Below, in pieces: positions 1-11,634 of a stretch of DNA of 64,000 bases. The notes beneath the pieces were generated by a model, which was given only the letters and a program-made list of their open reading frames with translations, did no database searches and had not been told where the DNA came from. Position 1 is the stretch's first letter. Each line of letters starts with the position of its first letter. This stretch comes from Dendrobates tinctorius (Eukaryota). The stretch lies in contig NW_027361684.1 of NCBI RefSeq assembly GCF_039654945.1, forward strand, positions 16,740,001-16,804,000, written 5' to 3'. Position numbers and translations under genes: made by a program.

Positions 1-2247
1 AACAGATTTCAGTCTTCTAAGTGGAGATGTAGACTTCCAGAAGTTTATGGTACACTGCCGTTAGAGTCACAAAGTCCTAGTACCCAGCAACGTCCTGGAA
101 CTCAGAGCAATTAGTCTGTCCTTTCTACATTGGCAACTAGCTGTTGGGTCTCCCTGTTCGACAACTCCACTGCCACGGCTTATATCAACCATCAATGAGA
201 CACTGAGTCACCAAGTAATGGCAAAGATGTCACAAATTTTTGACTGGGCGAAACAATTTTTTTTGGCAATCTCAGTGATCCACATTCCGGGAGTAAACAA
301 CTGGGGAGTGGATTTTCTAAGTCACAAAGGACTAACCGCAGGAGAATGGTCCATGCATCCGATCAGATGCGCCTATAGTGGGACTCTCCAGTCGTTGACT
401 TGATAGCGTACAGAGATAACAGCAAAGTTCCTCAGTTTGTATCTAAAGTTCACAATTCCTTAGAGGTCGTCTTCAACACACTGGCAAATCCATGGTCCCA
501 ATTTTCTCTCTTTTATATGTTCTCTACTCTACCTTTGCTACCCAAGTTGTTCAAGAAGGTACAGTTAGAAGACATTCCCATCATCCACTTGGCCGAGAAG
601 ATCATGGTACGTGGAAAGTGGGTCTATCTCCTCGCCGACGTTCCATGGAAACGTCAAGATTGACAAGACCTATTTTCCCAGAGTAGAGACTTCTTATTGA
701 AATTATGTTTTTTTTCAAATAACAGCATGGATGTTGAAGCTGTAGTTCTAAATCCTAAGAATTTTCTCATCAAGTTGTGCAGACCATGACCAAGACACTG
801 AAGACATGCTAGTCTCGTATCTACAATAGTATCTGCTGAGGTCCCCCATGTTTTCTCTACAGTCTCTTCTCACATTCCTGTAGTCGGGTTTTGTGGCTTA
901 GAATTGGTCCAGTCTGTCATATTTTTAAGACTATCAGGCTTCAAAGTCTCAAATCAAGACTTTGTCAGGGTGTGGCCCACTGTTCCTCCTTACCAACCTC
1001 CTTTAGATCCATGGGACCTAAACTTGATGCTTATCTCCTTTTGAACCAATCCAGAACATTTCCCCACTCTGGCTTTCCTTGAATGCTGCGTTAGAGACTG
1101 TTATTACTTCCATTAGGGAAGTATGAGAAATGGCAGCTCTGTCCGACTGCTCTCCATTTCTGGTACTTCACCTGGACAAGGTGTTTTTTTGATTGGTAAC
1201 CTCTTTCCTTCAGAAGGTGGTTTATTCCTTCCATCTTAGCAAAGATCATTCTGCTGTTACTCTGACCTTCTAGTTCAGTGGAGAGATCCATACACTGTTT
1301 GGACTTGGTCAGAGACTTGGGCCACTACCTATCAGAGACAGCCTCTTTTAAATGTTCACATTCTTTGTCCTCACGGAAGGAGCTTGTTGAGGTCTCTTCT
1401 CTTCCTCTAAGGTGACCATTGCCTGCTGGATTTGAAATGCTATTCTGAAAGCTTTAAAAGTCAAGAACAAAGTGCACCCGAAGGGGGTTAAAGCTCATCC
1501 CACCCAGGCAGAAGGGGCTTCCTAGGCTGCCATCATCATCAACTTTTTAAGACTGATCCTTGGACTTCCGTTCACGATCTCAAAATTTTACACACTTTCG
1601 CCTCGGCCAATGCGAGTCTGGGCAGAAAGGTGCTACCGGAGGCATTTGCCTTACACATTTTTATACATATTTCCAGCCCTAGGGACTGCTTTGCGTCATG
1701 CCATGGTTTCCAATATCCCCCAATGAAGCATATGAGAAAAGGCTTTTTGGACTAACCGCATAATCTTTCTCGTAGCCTTCACTGAGGTACACACAGCACT
1801 AATCCTTTGGCCGGGGTCAGACTTGTGAGAAACTGATGAGTCTCACACGTCAATACCCGGCACTGGGATCGGAGCGTTCAGCTACATGTATTTCTATGCA
1901 GCTGAACGCTTCGGTCCAGAGTTCCGGCGGCAGTGCCGGGTATTGACATGCGAGACTCGTCCGAGTTTCTCGTAAGTCTGACCCCAGCCTTTGTCTTCTT
2001 GCTGCCTCTTATGGCATGTGTATTCGTGATTATGTTATGCTTCTGCCATTTGCCTATTGCTTTCTAAATAACTGAATGGTTTAATGCTAGTATGTGGGTG
2101 TAGTCTCCTGTGGAGGAGACTTTTTCTTCAGGTTGTAATTCTTAGCGTCAGCCTCTTGGTGGTGGCTGCAGTATACACCCATGGTTTTCGGTGTCCCCCA
2201 AAAAAGCTACAAGAAAGGGATTTTATGGTAAATCAAAAAAACAGTAT
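1..2247 (+). mobile_element. Degenerate 3' part of a DIRS1-like retrotransposon (RNase H, methyltransferase and tyrosine recombinase remnants, ICR, right terminus)
   Basis: Fragments IHIPGVNNWGVDFLS..GEWSMHP and WSQFSLFYMFSTLPLL match the intact DIRS pol at 8184-8700. YR-like remnants lie at ~1000-1640, ICR-like sequence at ~1680-1800, and a terminal-like motif (cccatggttttcggtgtccccc..gattttatggtaa) at ~2175-2247. Many stops and frameshifts. Confidence 0.85.
1809..1989. mobile_element. Palindromic MITE (PIF/Harbinger-like) inserted in the old DIRS
   Basis: Termini ggccggggtcagactt...aagtctgaccccagcc, self-complementary body, flanked by TTT/TTT. Confidence 0.8.
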
Positions 2248-2402
2248 TCCCCATTACTGAAACAGGATAGGACAGTTGGTCCTCATACACTGATGGTGGT
2301 GGGGAGGAGAGAAAAGAAGAGCTAGAGATAGGCAGACAGACATTATGCTGCAAGTTCTCCTGAAACAAAAGTTACACTTAATAAAAGCATAAAAACAGTC
2401 AC

Positions 2403-2545
2403 CTCTCCATATCCGTGGTATCTAAAGGCCTTACTTCATCTGATAGCGGTTTGTCAGGATCAGCAGATATCTGCTCATACTGATAGGCCTGCATCTTCTG
2501 AAACAGACGTAAAAGATTTTGCCTTCTCAGTCGAAGCTGGGTCCA
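2403..2545 (-). CDS. SUPT6H: SPT6 coding exon 10 (last in window; gene continues off the left edge)
   Basis: [47 protein letters not shown](R); AG/GT sites; phase consistent with the preceding exon. Confidence 0.95.
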
Positions 2546-2789
2546 CTATCGAGCAAAGAAAAATAAAAAACATTTTTAGAATTCTAGCAAAACATACACA
2601 GATCTGTAGGGAAAAAGCCTGAAATGGAGTAAAGGAAAGTATTAAGTATTCCTGATCAAAATGGAGAAATATGGCAATCGATCAGATAATTTGAGGTGAA
2701 CGAGGCACATCTAGAAATCTTTATCCTGGGCACAAAGAGAGAAGGTCCATCACTACAAAATTTTAGTTCACTTTAACCCATCTTCTTTA

Positions 2790-2927
<138 letters not shown>

Positions 2928-2997
2928 TCAAATCAAAGAGAACTGCGACATTTAAGTTCAAGTCCATTAGAAAGTTCCAATAATGGAGATCACATAC

Positions 2998-3114
2998 CTC
3001 AAAGTGTTGATTTCTCATAAAATTTAAAGCTTCTCTAATTTTCTGTATGGTGCTGGGTCCCTTGCGGCCGAAGTTGCTGCCAACTTGACCACGTTCCAAG
3101 TAATCACAGCTTTC
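2998..3114 (-). CDS. SUPT6H: SPT6 coding exon 8
   Basis: [39 protein letters not shown]; 117 nt; AG/GT. Confidence 0.96.
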
Positions 3115-4164
3115 CTGTGAATGTGAAAATGTTACCATGAGGACTTTCAAAGCGGGGCGGCTACACACTTACATTTCTGTAGTTTTGCAATTCTCTAGTT
3201 TATTAACACATTAAGTTATTAGTGTTGTGACAAATGAATTCAGAGTAAAAGTCAATTTCTATAGAAATTACTTCTGAGCCTGGATTACAAATCCACAAAT
3301 GTTATTTTACAAATGTAATTAAAAGAATAATACCTATTAGAGACTCACATATTAGGCTAAAGGGTTATTTTCATGGTCACAAATTAAAATTGAAAAGTAC
3401 TAGTAAAAATAGGCAACTATGCAATTTACTTGACATTAAAAATCCTCTCTCAGGAACAGGGGAATTTTTAATCATTGCTTACTACTCCTTGACTAGGTTA
3501 CCGGCCACCTTAGCAGTCCATCAGCGGTAGCTGGACTCCTGGGCAAGGAGCGCAGTATTAGAATTTACAAGCGATTTCCAATACAGCTTGTATGCGCTGC
3601 TGTGAAGCTGGTCCGATTGCAAGTCCTTGCCAGTTTCCGTACCACTGCACTCCTCTGATGCTGCAGAGGCAAAGTTGCTTCATATAAGTAGCATCTGAGA
3701 GGGTGCAGAGTTTTAGAGGGGTGGCAGGGCTACATTTCCGAACTGTCAATTTAACAGGAGCACGTCACCCCTCAGCAATTAGGAGGCAGGAAAGTGGTGT
3801 ACACCTGAACAGAAGTGATGAGACAACCTTGGTAAGGTCATAGCTGCTGTACCAATACAATGTGGATAGATGTGGTTACTGACTACAACGACAGGCAAAA
3901 GGCTTACAGTAATTAACCACTTTCCACCAAAAGGAGAATACATGAGTTCAGATAAGTTTTGCTGTTACAATTCTATCAATTCTATTTAAGTTATATAGAG
4001 CCATCATATTCCACAGCACTTTAGAAAAAATTATCTCTTGCCCCATTTATGCTCTGAAGTCTTGGAGGAAACCTGCATAAACAAGGGGACAACCTACAAA
4101 CTCCTTGCAGATATTGTCCTTGGAGGGATTTGCAACCAGGACACCAGTGCCATCTCTACATTGA

Positions 4165-4524
4165 GGCTATGTACCCACGTTAGAGTTTTTAAACGCTCAG
4201 GAAACTGATCCCCTTCCCAGAAAATGCGCGTTTTATTTCCACGCGTTTCCTGCGCTTTTTTTCCACAAAAGACGTGAGTTTTTTCCACGCGTTTTCTGGG
4301 AACATTGGAAAAGGCTAAAAACGCTCTGCAATGCGGAAATTAATGAGCATGCTGCGTTTTTAGCTGCTAAGCGATTCCTGAGCGTTTAAAAACACATGCA
4401 TTGGCACAAAAAGCCAAAAACGCATGCAATTTAATGTGAAGCTTCTTTTAAGCGTTTCTGCAGCGTCTGAGCCAGCACAAACGCTGAGGAAACGCTTAAA
4501 AAAACGCAACGTGGGCACACAGCC
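4165..4524. mobile_element. PIF/Harbinger-like MITE
   Basis: Imperfect TIR ggctatgtacccacgtt...aacgtgggcacacagcc with TGA/TGA flanks; ends about 26 bp from a SUPT6H donor site. Confidence 0.75.
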
Positions 4525-4550
4525 TGAATGTGCAACAATATTTATACTAC

Positions 4551-4652
4551 CTGCTGTGAGATAGTTGGTGTTGAAAATGCATTCCTGTAGATCCAGTCAG
4601 CCTCCTCCTCCAGTTCTTCATCTTCAGCAGCTTTAACAGGTATGGTCCGTAA
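4551..4652 (-). CDS. SUPT6H: SPT6 coding exon 7
   Basis: [34 protein letters not shown]; 102 nt; AG/GT. Confidence 0.96.
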
Positions 4653-4976
4653 CTGCAATTGTAATAACATCTTGCTGTTATGTCCACACTACTATTACAT
4701 TCTAATTGAGAATGATGGAATAACTTAAAAGTGATAATGGTTAATTGAATGACCTTTTGGTTTTTAAAAAACTAACTCAACATGTATGCATTTCATGCAG
4801 TGGGGAAAGCCTATGACTTCCTATCGTATCTGAATTCTGCTCAGTCTGTGTACTCTTGGTGCGCAGCCTTTTGAGCAATTAGGAAGGGTCTCAGGAATCA
4901 GACCCTCACTGACCTGCCGATATGTAAAGTATCTGCAGAAAGCATCAACGTTTAGTCACCCCTTTAAGCAATTTAC

Positions 4977-5247
4977 CTGGAATCTCTCGGGCAGATCTGT
5001 GGTCCGGATCTCATTGTCTTGGTCAGTTAAGTGACTGCTTTCAAGTTCACTTGGCTCATAGATTTCAAAGATGCTGCGTCGGCTCACACGCTTCTTAGCG
5101 GTTTTCTTGGGTCGGACACGAGCCTCTCCATCCGCCTCTTCATCCTCATATTCATACTCTTCCATTTCCTCATCATCTTCATTGTATTTTTCAAACTCTT
5201 CATAATCAAAATCTACACCAAAGATCTCCTGAGCTTCCTGCAAAGCA
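4977..5247 (-). CDS. SUPT6H: SPT6 coding exon 6
   Basis: [21 protein letters not shown]...[24 protein letters not shown]; AG/GT; phase 2 to 0. Confidence 0.97.
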
Positions 5248-5397
5248 CTGAAAGACAAGTATACTGCTAAGAGAAAATATTAATATGTCGAAAGGACCCA
5301 AAGCCATTCATCTTCACTGTATAAGCAAGGAACAGATTCTGATCAGTCATGGGTCGTTACTGCAGCTGCTCTGTTATTCCTATTATTCAGTTACTTA

Positions 5398-5562
<165 letters not shown>

Positions 5563-5566
5563 TTAC

Positions 5567-5759
5567 CAGATTCTTCATCCTCCTCCTCCTCTTCTTCGTC
5601 AGCGGCAATAACGGGCTGATCACCTGAATCATGTCGGTCGTCATCCTCACCATCCTGGAAAATTTCCTCAGCGATTGCTTCTTTTTCATGTTCCTCTTTT
5701 CCAGCATCCTCTTCTTCATCTTCATCATCTGACATTTTTTTCACTCGACGGAATTTTTG
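5567..5759 (-). CDS. SUPT6H: SPT6 coding exon 4
   Basis: [36 protein letters not shown]...EES; AG/GT. Confidence 0.96.
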
Positions 5760-6064
5760 CTGCATTGGAAAATGGCCGTATATAGTATAACAAGCTCTTA
5801 CATAGATATAAATCATGTTTTGCACTTGGGAAAAAAAAAAAAATGTAATGTGGCAAAACGGGTTGCCTCATGAAGGCCAGCCCTTCTCATAAGATAGCCA
5901 GCACCTTAAAAGCTCCAGCTGGTCGTAGAGGTCACTGTAGAAAAAATGAATGATTACATGCTGTCCATTCAGAAGACGCTCATATGTTCTAATATTAGAT
6001 ATAGAAGAGCGTAGCACAAACGAGAAAACCTAACGGGGCAATACAACCAAATAGATTCACTTAC

Positions 6065-6135
6065 ACGTTTCACTTTTACACCCAAGTTTTCTTCAATGAG
6101 ATCAAAGTCGTCATCTTCCAGTCTGTCATCAAAGG
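6065..6135 (-). CDS. SUPT6H: SPT6 coding exon 3
   Basis: [24 protein letters not shown]; 71 nt; AG/GT. Confidence 0.96.
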
Positions 6136-6240
6136 CTATAAGCATTGAGAAAAAATATATATATATATTGCAATGTTCCAGGATGAGGTTTGTACCGAGG
6201 ACTTTGTGCATCTCCCACTCCATCAACAACACACACTTAC

Positions 6241-6408
6241 TGCGCTTTCTGGTTTTGTGGCCAATTTCATCATCTGAGCCTCCAGACTCACTCCCAGCAT
6301 CCTGCTCCTCCTCCTCCTCTTCATCCTCATCCTCATCGTCATTGATAAAATCTTTTAAATTTCCTTGTTCATCCTGGTCATCTGGATTTTCGTCTTCCTC
6401 CTCTTCGT
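6241..6408 (-). CDS. SUPT6H: SPT6 coding exon 2 (acidic N-terminus)
   Basis: [25 protein letters not shown]...IGHKTRKR; 168 nt; AG/GT. Confidence 0.96.
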
Positions 6409-7007
6409 CTACACGGAGCAAAAAATGTAAATCATATTGTACGTGATTTGGGATAAATCTGCCCTCTTGCTGTATGAATAAGAAAAATAGTGATAATTGG
6501 TCATAAGCCAACCTATGCAGTCAAGACGGCATTGATCCAACATTACCGCCACTGACTGTAGGAATATTATTAATATCTTATCAAGTAACAAGTTCTGCTA
6601 AAAGGTGGCACAAAAAAGTTACAGTAAGAGAGGGGGTGGGTGGGTTTACAGGTAACTAAAGAGCATTTGCACGAAAAAAAAATTTAAAAAAAAAAGGAGA
6701 TTTTTGTGTACTCACCGTAAAATCTCTCTTAGCCTTTAATTGGGGGACACAGAACCGTGGGTGTTATGCTGCTGTCCACTAGGAGGCGACACTATGCATA
6801 ATCTGAAAAAGATTAACTTTGGCTCCTCCTCTGCAGTATACACCCCTGGACGGCGTCAGCCTTCTCCAGTTTTGTGCCAAAGCATTAGGAGGAACGTAAC
6901 CAAATAACATAACCATGCCTGTAAGAAGGCTACTATGTACGAGCTCAAAGAACAATATGAGAACTCAACCGTAAAACAACGGCCCATAAGGGCAACACGG
7001 TGGGAGC

Positions 7008-7106
7008 TGTGTCCCCCAATTAAAGGCTAAGAGAAAGAGATTTTACGGTGAGTACACAAAAATCTCCTTTACTCTGTCGCCTTATTGGGGGACACAGAAC
7101 CGTGGG
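7008..7106. repeat. DIRS internal complementary region (ICR)
   Basis: First half is the reverse complement of ~6696-6751 (one 4-bp indel). Second half is the reverse complement of ~12804-12839. Junction reads ctcc-TTT-actc. Confidence 0.93.
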
Positions 7107-7164
7107 ACGTCCCAAAGCAGTACCTGGGTGGGAAGCAATGGACGAATATTGTGCTAGCAGATCC

Positions 7165-8210
7165 CTAAATTTGGGGCACTGCCGCATGCAGAACCAGTCT
7201 ACCCAGGCTCGCATCCGCTGAGGACTGGGTATGAACACTGTAGTGTTTCGTAAACGTGTGTAGGCTGGTCCAAGTGGCCGCCTTACACACTTGTTGTGCC
7301 GAAGCCTGATGCCGAATGGCCCAGGAGGCCCCTACTGCCCTTGTAGAGTGTGCCGTGATACCGGCCGGAAGAGGGGAACTGTTAAGTCGGTAGGCCTCAT
7401 GTATGGTGGACTTGATCCACCTGGCAAGGGTAGCCTTGGAAGCCGGCAGCCCCTTGCGACTACCTTCCGGAAGAATGAAGAGGGAATCAGACTTCCGGAA
7501 AGGTGCAGTCCTGGACACGTAAATCCGCAATGCTCTGACGAGGTCAAGCGTATGCAGAGCCCTCTCCACTCTATGAACCGGAACCGGGCAAAGGGATGGC
7601 AGTGAAATCTCCTCATTGAGGTGAAAGTTGGACACAACCTTCGGAAGGAAGGATGGTACCGTGCGGAGAACCACCTTGTCCTGGTGAAAAGCTAGGAAAG
7701 GCCGTCTGCAGGAAAGTGCTGACAATTCCGACACTCTGCGTAACGAGGTGATCGCCACTAGAAAAACCACTTTCTGAGACAGAATGGAAAGTGGAACTCC
7801 TCTAAGAGGTTCGAAGGGTGGAGCTTGCAATGCTGTCAGGACCAGATTGAGGTCCCATGTATCCAGCGGACGTTTGTAGGGAGGAACCAATCGGGAAACT
7901 CCCTGGATGAAAGTCCTGACTTGCGGTTTAATAGCAATGCGCTTTTGAAAAAGGACTGAAAGCGCCGACACCTGACTCTTAAGCGAGCTTAAGGATAGCT
8001 TGGCGTCTAGGCCCGATTGAAGAAAACCTAGTACCTTCGGGAGGGAATAAGGGAGTGGGACTTGTCCATGAGATTCGCACCAAGAAAAGAAAGCTCTTCA
8101 GGTACGATAATAGAGCTTGGCGGAGGCAGGCTTCCTTGCCCTGATCATAGTTGCAATGACTGCCGGTGAAAAACCTGCCTGGGTTAGAATCCAGGTTTCA
8201 AGGGCCATGC
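7165..8210 (-). pseudogene. DIRS tyrosine recombinase, interrupted by an in-frame TGA at 8098-8100
   Basis: Motifs SLRRVSEL, AHSTR, AATW and FTKHY. ORFs 8098-8607 and 7165-7971 share one frame and read YYRT*RAFFSWC across the stop. Confidence 0.92.
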
Positions 8211-10060
8211 CGTCAAATTGAGAGCCCCTGAATTCTGGTGGAAAAACGGACCTTGGGACAGAAGGTCGTGACGGTCGGGTAGACGCCAGGGGACGTCTGC
8301 AGTAAGTTGAACGATGTCGACGTACCATGTACGTCTGGGCCAGTCTGGCGCGATGAGGATGGTTGGAACTCCCTCTTGCTTGATCTTCCTCACGACCCTG
8401 GAGATTAGGGGGAGGGGTGGAAAAATGTACAGGAGTCGGAACTGGGACCAGTCCTGGACCAGGGCATCCGCTCCGAGTGACCGCGGGTCGTGTGTCCTGG
8501 CCATGAAATTGGGGACCTTGGTATTGAGATGGGATGCCATTAGGTCCACCTCCGGGGTTCCCCAACGTTGACAGATCTGGTAAAAAATCTCGGGATGGAG
8601 AGACCACTCCCCCGAGTCCATTCCTTGCCTGCTAAGGAAGTCGGCTTCCCAGTTTTCTACACCCGGAATGTGGACCGCAGAAAGTAGCGACCTCGTGTCT
8701 TCTGCCCAGCGGAGGATATGCGCCACTTCTCTCATCGCCTGGGCGCTGCGGGTCCCGCCTTGGTGGTTCACGTATTCCACAGCCGTGGCATTGTCCGACT
8801 GTATCCGTATGTGCGAGGCTGCAAGCAAGTGATGAAAGGCTCTCAGTGCCAAGAGGATGGCCCTGATTTCCAGAATATTGATGGGCAATGTCACTTCCCT
8901 CGGTGACCACTTGCCTTGTGCCCTGTGATGTAGGTGCACCGCCCCCCAGCCTGTCAAGCTTGCATCGGTAGTCAGGATCTTCCATTGTCCTGAGAGAAAG
9001 GGCTTCCCTCGTGAAAGCGAGGTTGGTTTGAGCCACCAATGCAGGGACCTCCTGGTTGACGACGTCAACCTGAACTCCCTGTCGAGGGAGAAGGGATTCC
9101 TGTCCCAAGATCTGAGTATGGCTAGTTGAAGGACCCTGAGGTGAAACTGGGCAAATGGCACTGCCTCTATTGCTGCTGCCATCCGGCCGAGGACTATCAT
9201 GGCAAACCGGAGAGATCGAGGAGGACTGCGAAGGAGTGTACGAACTCCCAGACGGATGGCCAGTGTCTTGTCCATGGGAAGGAGCACCAGGCCCCTGGAG
9301 GTGTCGAATAACATTCCCAGGAATGTTAGAGTCTGACTTGGGATAGTCGACGATTTCTGTAGGTTGACTAGCCATCCCAGGCGACTCAGTGTGTCTATTG
9401 TGATTGAGACACTGACCTCGCAGTCTTTGAAAGTGGGAGACTTGATGAGGAGGTCGTCCAGGTACGGGATGACTAGAATGCCTCTTGAGTGCAGAACGTC
9501 CATGGTGGCCGCCATGACTTTGGTGAATGTTCTTGGAGCCGTGGCGAGTCCGAACGGAAGGGCGACAAACTGGTAGTGGTTTTGGTTGACCGCGAACCTG
9601 AGAAACCTTTGGTGGGCGGGGGCAATTGGTATGTGCAGATACGCATCCTGTATGTCTATGGAGGCAGGTATTCTCCCTGCTCCATGGATGCAATGATGGA
9701 CCGGAGGGACTCCATGCGGAAATGACGGACCCGTACGTAATTGTTGAGCTGTTTTAGGTCCAGTATGGGTCGGACGCTGCCTCCTTTCTTGGGGACTACG
9801 AACAGATTTGAGTAGAACCCTCGGAATCTCTCGTTCGCGGGAACCAGCACCACAACTCCTGCTTGAAGGAGAGAGGAGACCGCTTGGTGGAAAGCACGAG
9901 CCTTGTCTGGTAGTGTTGGAGGAATAGAGAGGAAGAACCGGTTCGGTGGAGCGGAAGTGAACTCTATCTTGTATCCGGAAGACACTATTTCCCTGACCCA
10001 CTTGTCTTCTGTAATAGGCAGCCAGACTTGCTGAAAGAGTAAAAGTCGGCAGCCTACTGG
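8184..10060 (-). pseudogene. DIRS pol (RT, RNase H, N6-adenine methyltransferase-like domain), frameshifted near 9660
   Basis: N-terminal part FYSNLFVVPKK..RPILDLK in ORF 9656-9985. It continues in another frame as SIDIQDAYLHIPI, LPFGL, YLDDLLI, then RNase H TTDASLTGWGA/SDN, then MT-like DLMAS...YIFPP. Confidence 0.93.
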
Positions 10061-10085
10061 TGGGGTGTCTTCCGGAGTTCGTGAG

Positions 10086-11634
10086 TCATGATGAAGCGAA
10101 GTTCTGAGGTTTTCCTCCCTTGGGTTTCGCTTGGCCTGCTTTCGACTGCCAAGACCTGTCCGGTCGCTGCTGCGTCCGTGGGTTGTCCCTGCGTGGAGAG
10201 CGGTTACGGTTTTGCGCTGGGCGCGAAACGGACCAGCCCGAGGAATTCCGAAAGGATCGGAATCGTGTCTGGTTTCTTCGTTTAAACGTGCGTTTCGGTT
10301 TTAGTTGAGGGAGAGAGGTACTCTTACCCCCAGTGGCATTGGCTATCATTGTGTCCAACTTTTCGCCGAAAAGTCTTCCAGTAAGATACGGAAGTCGCGT
10401 GAGGGACTTCTTTGAGGCCGCATCCGCTTTCCATTCTCGCAGCCAGAAGATGCGTCGGATCGTGATGGCATTTGATGCTATTCCCGCTACACCTCTGGCG
10501 GAATCCAGGGCTGCATGAATCATGTAGTCTGCTACCACTGCTATCTGGACCGCTTGGTCCGAGAGCTCAGGATTTGAAGCTTGAAGACCCTCCTGTAGTT
10601 TTTTGGCCCAAGCCAGGATGGCCTTGGCCGCCCACACTGAAGCAAACGCAGGGCCCAGAGAGGCGCCTGCCGCTTCGAAAATAGAACGAGCCATGCGTTC
10701 TACTTGCCGGTCTGCTGCGTCCCTGAGAGTTGAGCTATCTGGCAGAGAGAGTAAGGTCTGCGCTGCTAGCCTCGAAACTGGGGGGTCCACTTCAGGTGGA
10801 TCTGTCCATTGTTTGGTGTCTTTCTGTGGGAAGGGGTACTTCGCTTCCAAATATTTGCGATTAGCAAATTTTTTCTCAGGCTGCGCAAACTGTTTGGTAA
10901 GTATTTTCTCAAACTCATGGTGATTAGGGAAGACGTTAGGTGGTTTCTGAACACTTTCGAAGCAAATCCTATGTTCCGGGACTTCCGGGGCCGACTCTGG
11001 AATTTTTAGCACCCGATGGATGGCAGAGATTATGTCCTCAACTAGCGCTGTATTGCTAGGGGGAGAAGGTACCACGGACCTCTCCGTCTCATTATCTGAG
11101 TCGGAGTCACAGATGCCCTCCGAATCCTGTGCCTCGCTAAGGTGATCCCTGGAGGGCGACCTGGGGCGGGGGTCTTCTGTGATGGGGGATCTCTGTGACA
11201 GGAGACTGCCTAGGAGACCTGGAATGACGCTGTCTCTCCCTGGAGGGGGACGACCTTGTGCTATAGGATGACTCAGGTGATCGAGACCTGTGGGTCCGCT
11301 TACGTCTGTGAGAGTCGGAAGCAGCATGTTCCTGAGACAAGCTGTCCGTTTGCTGTGTAACGTCCATAGCCGGAGCCCGACTCTGCAGAGCTTGCAGCAA
11401 TGTGGCAGTTAGGTTGTCTATGGACTGTGTCATAGACTGTGACATCTGAGTTGCCCTTTCCGGCGTGGCCTGTGACACTGAAGCGTCAGTAGGGACTCCC
11501 TGTGGTTCTGACCCAGAGTTCTGGATGCAGTCCCGGCAGTGCGGATACGTGCTGCCACTAGGGAGCGTGGCTTTGCAGGCTGTGCAGAATGCATAGAAAC
11601 ATTCCTGCCTGGTTCTCTTCCTCGAGCCCGGCAT
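10086..11634 (-). pseudogene. DIRS ORF1 (gag-like) with N-terminal CxxC..CxxC motif, probably frameshifted near 11190
   Basis: ORF 11137-11634 (CTAC...HCRDC) overlaps ORF 10086-11327 (PPEVDPPV..DRQVE..RRIFWLREW..LFG), which resembles vertebrate DIRS ORF1; lies directly upstream of pol. Confidence 0.8.

Noticed and set aside
5969-6511. 180-aa ORF read as one exon
   Set aside because: It reads through a 105-nt in-frame intron; canonical splice sites and SPT6 homology define two exons.
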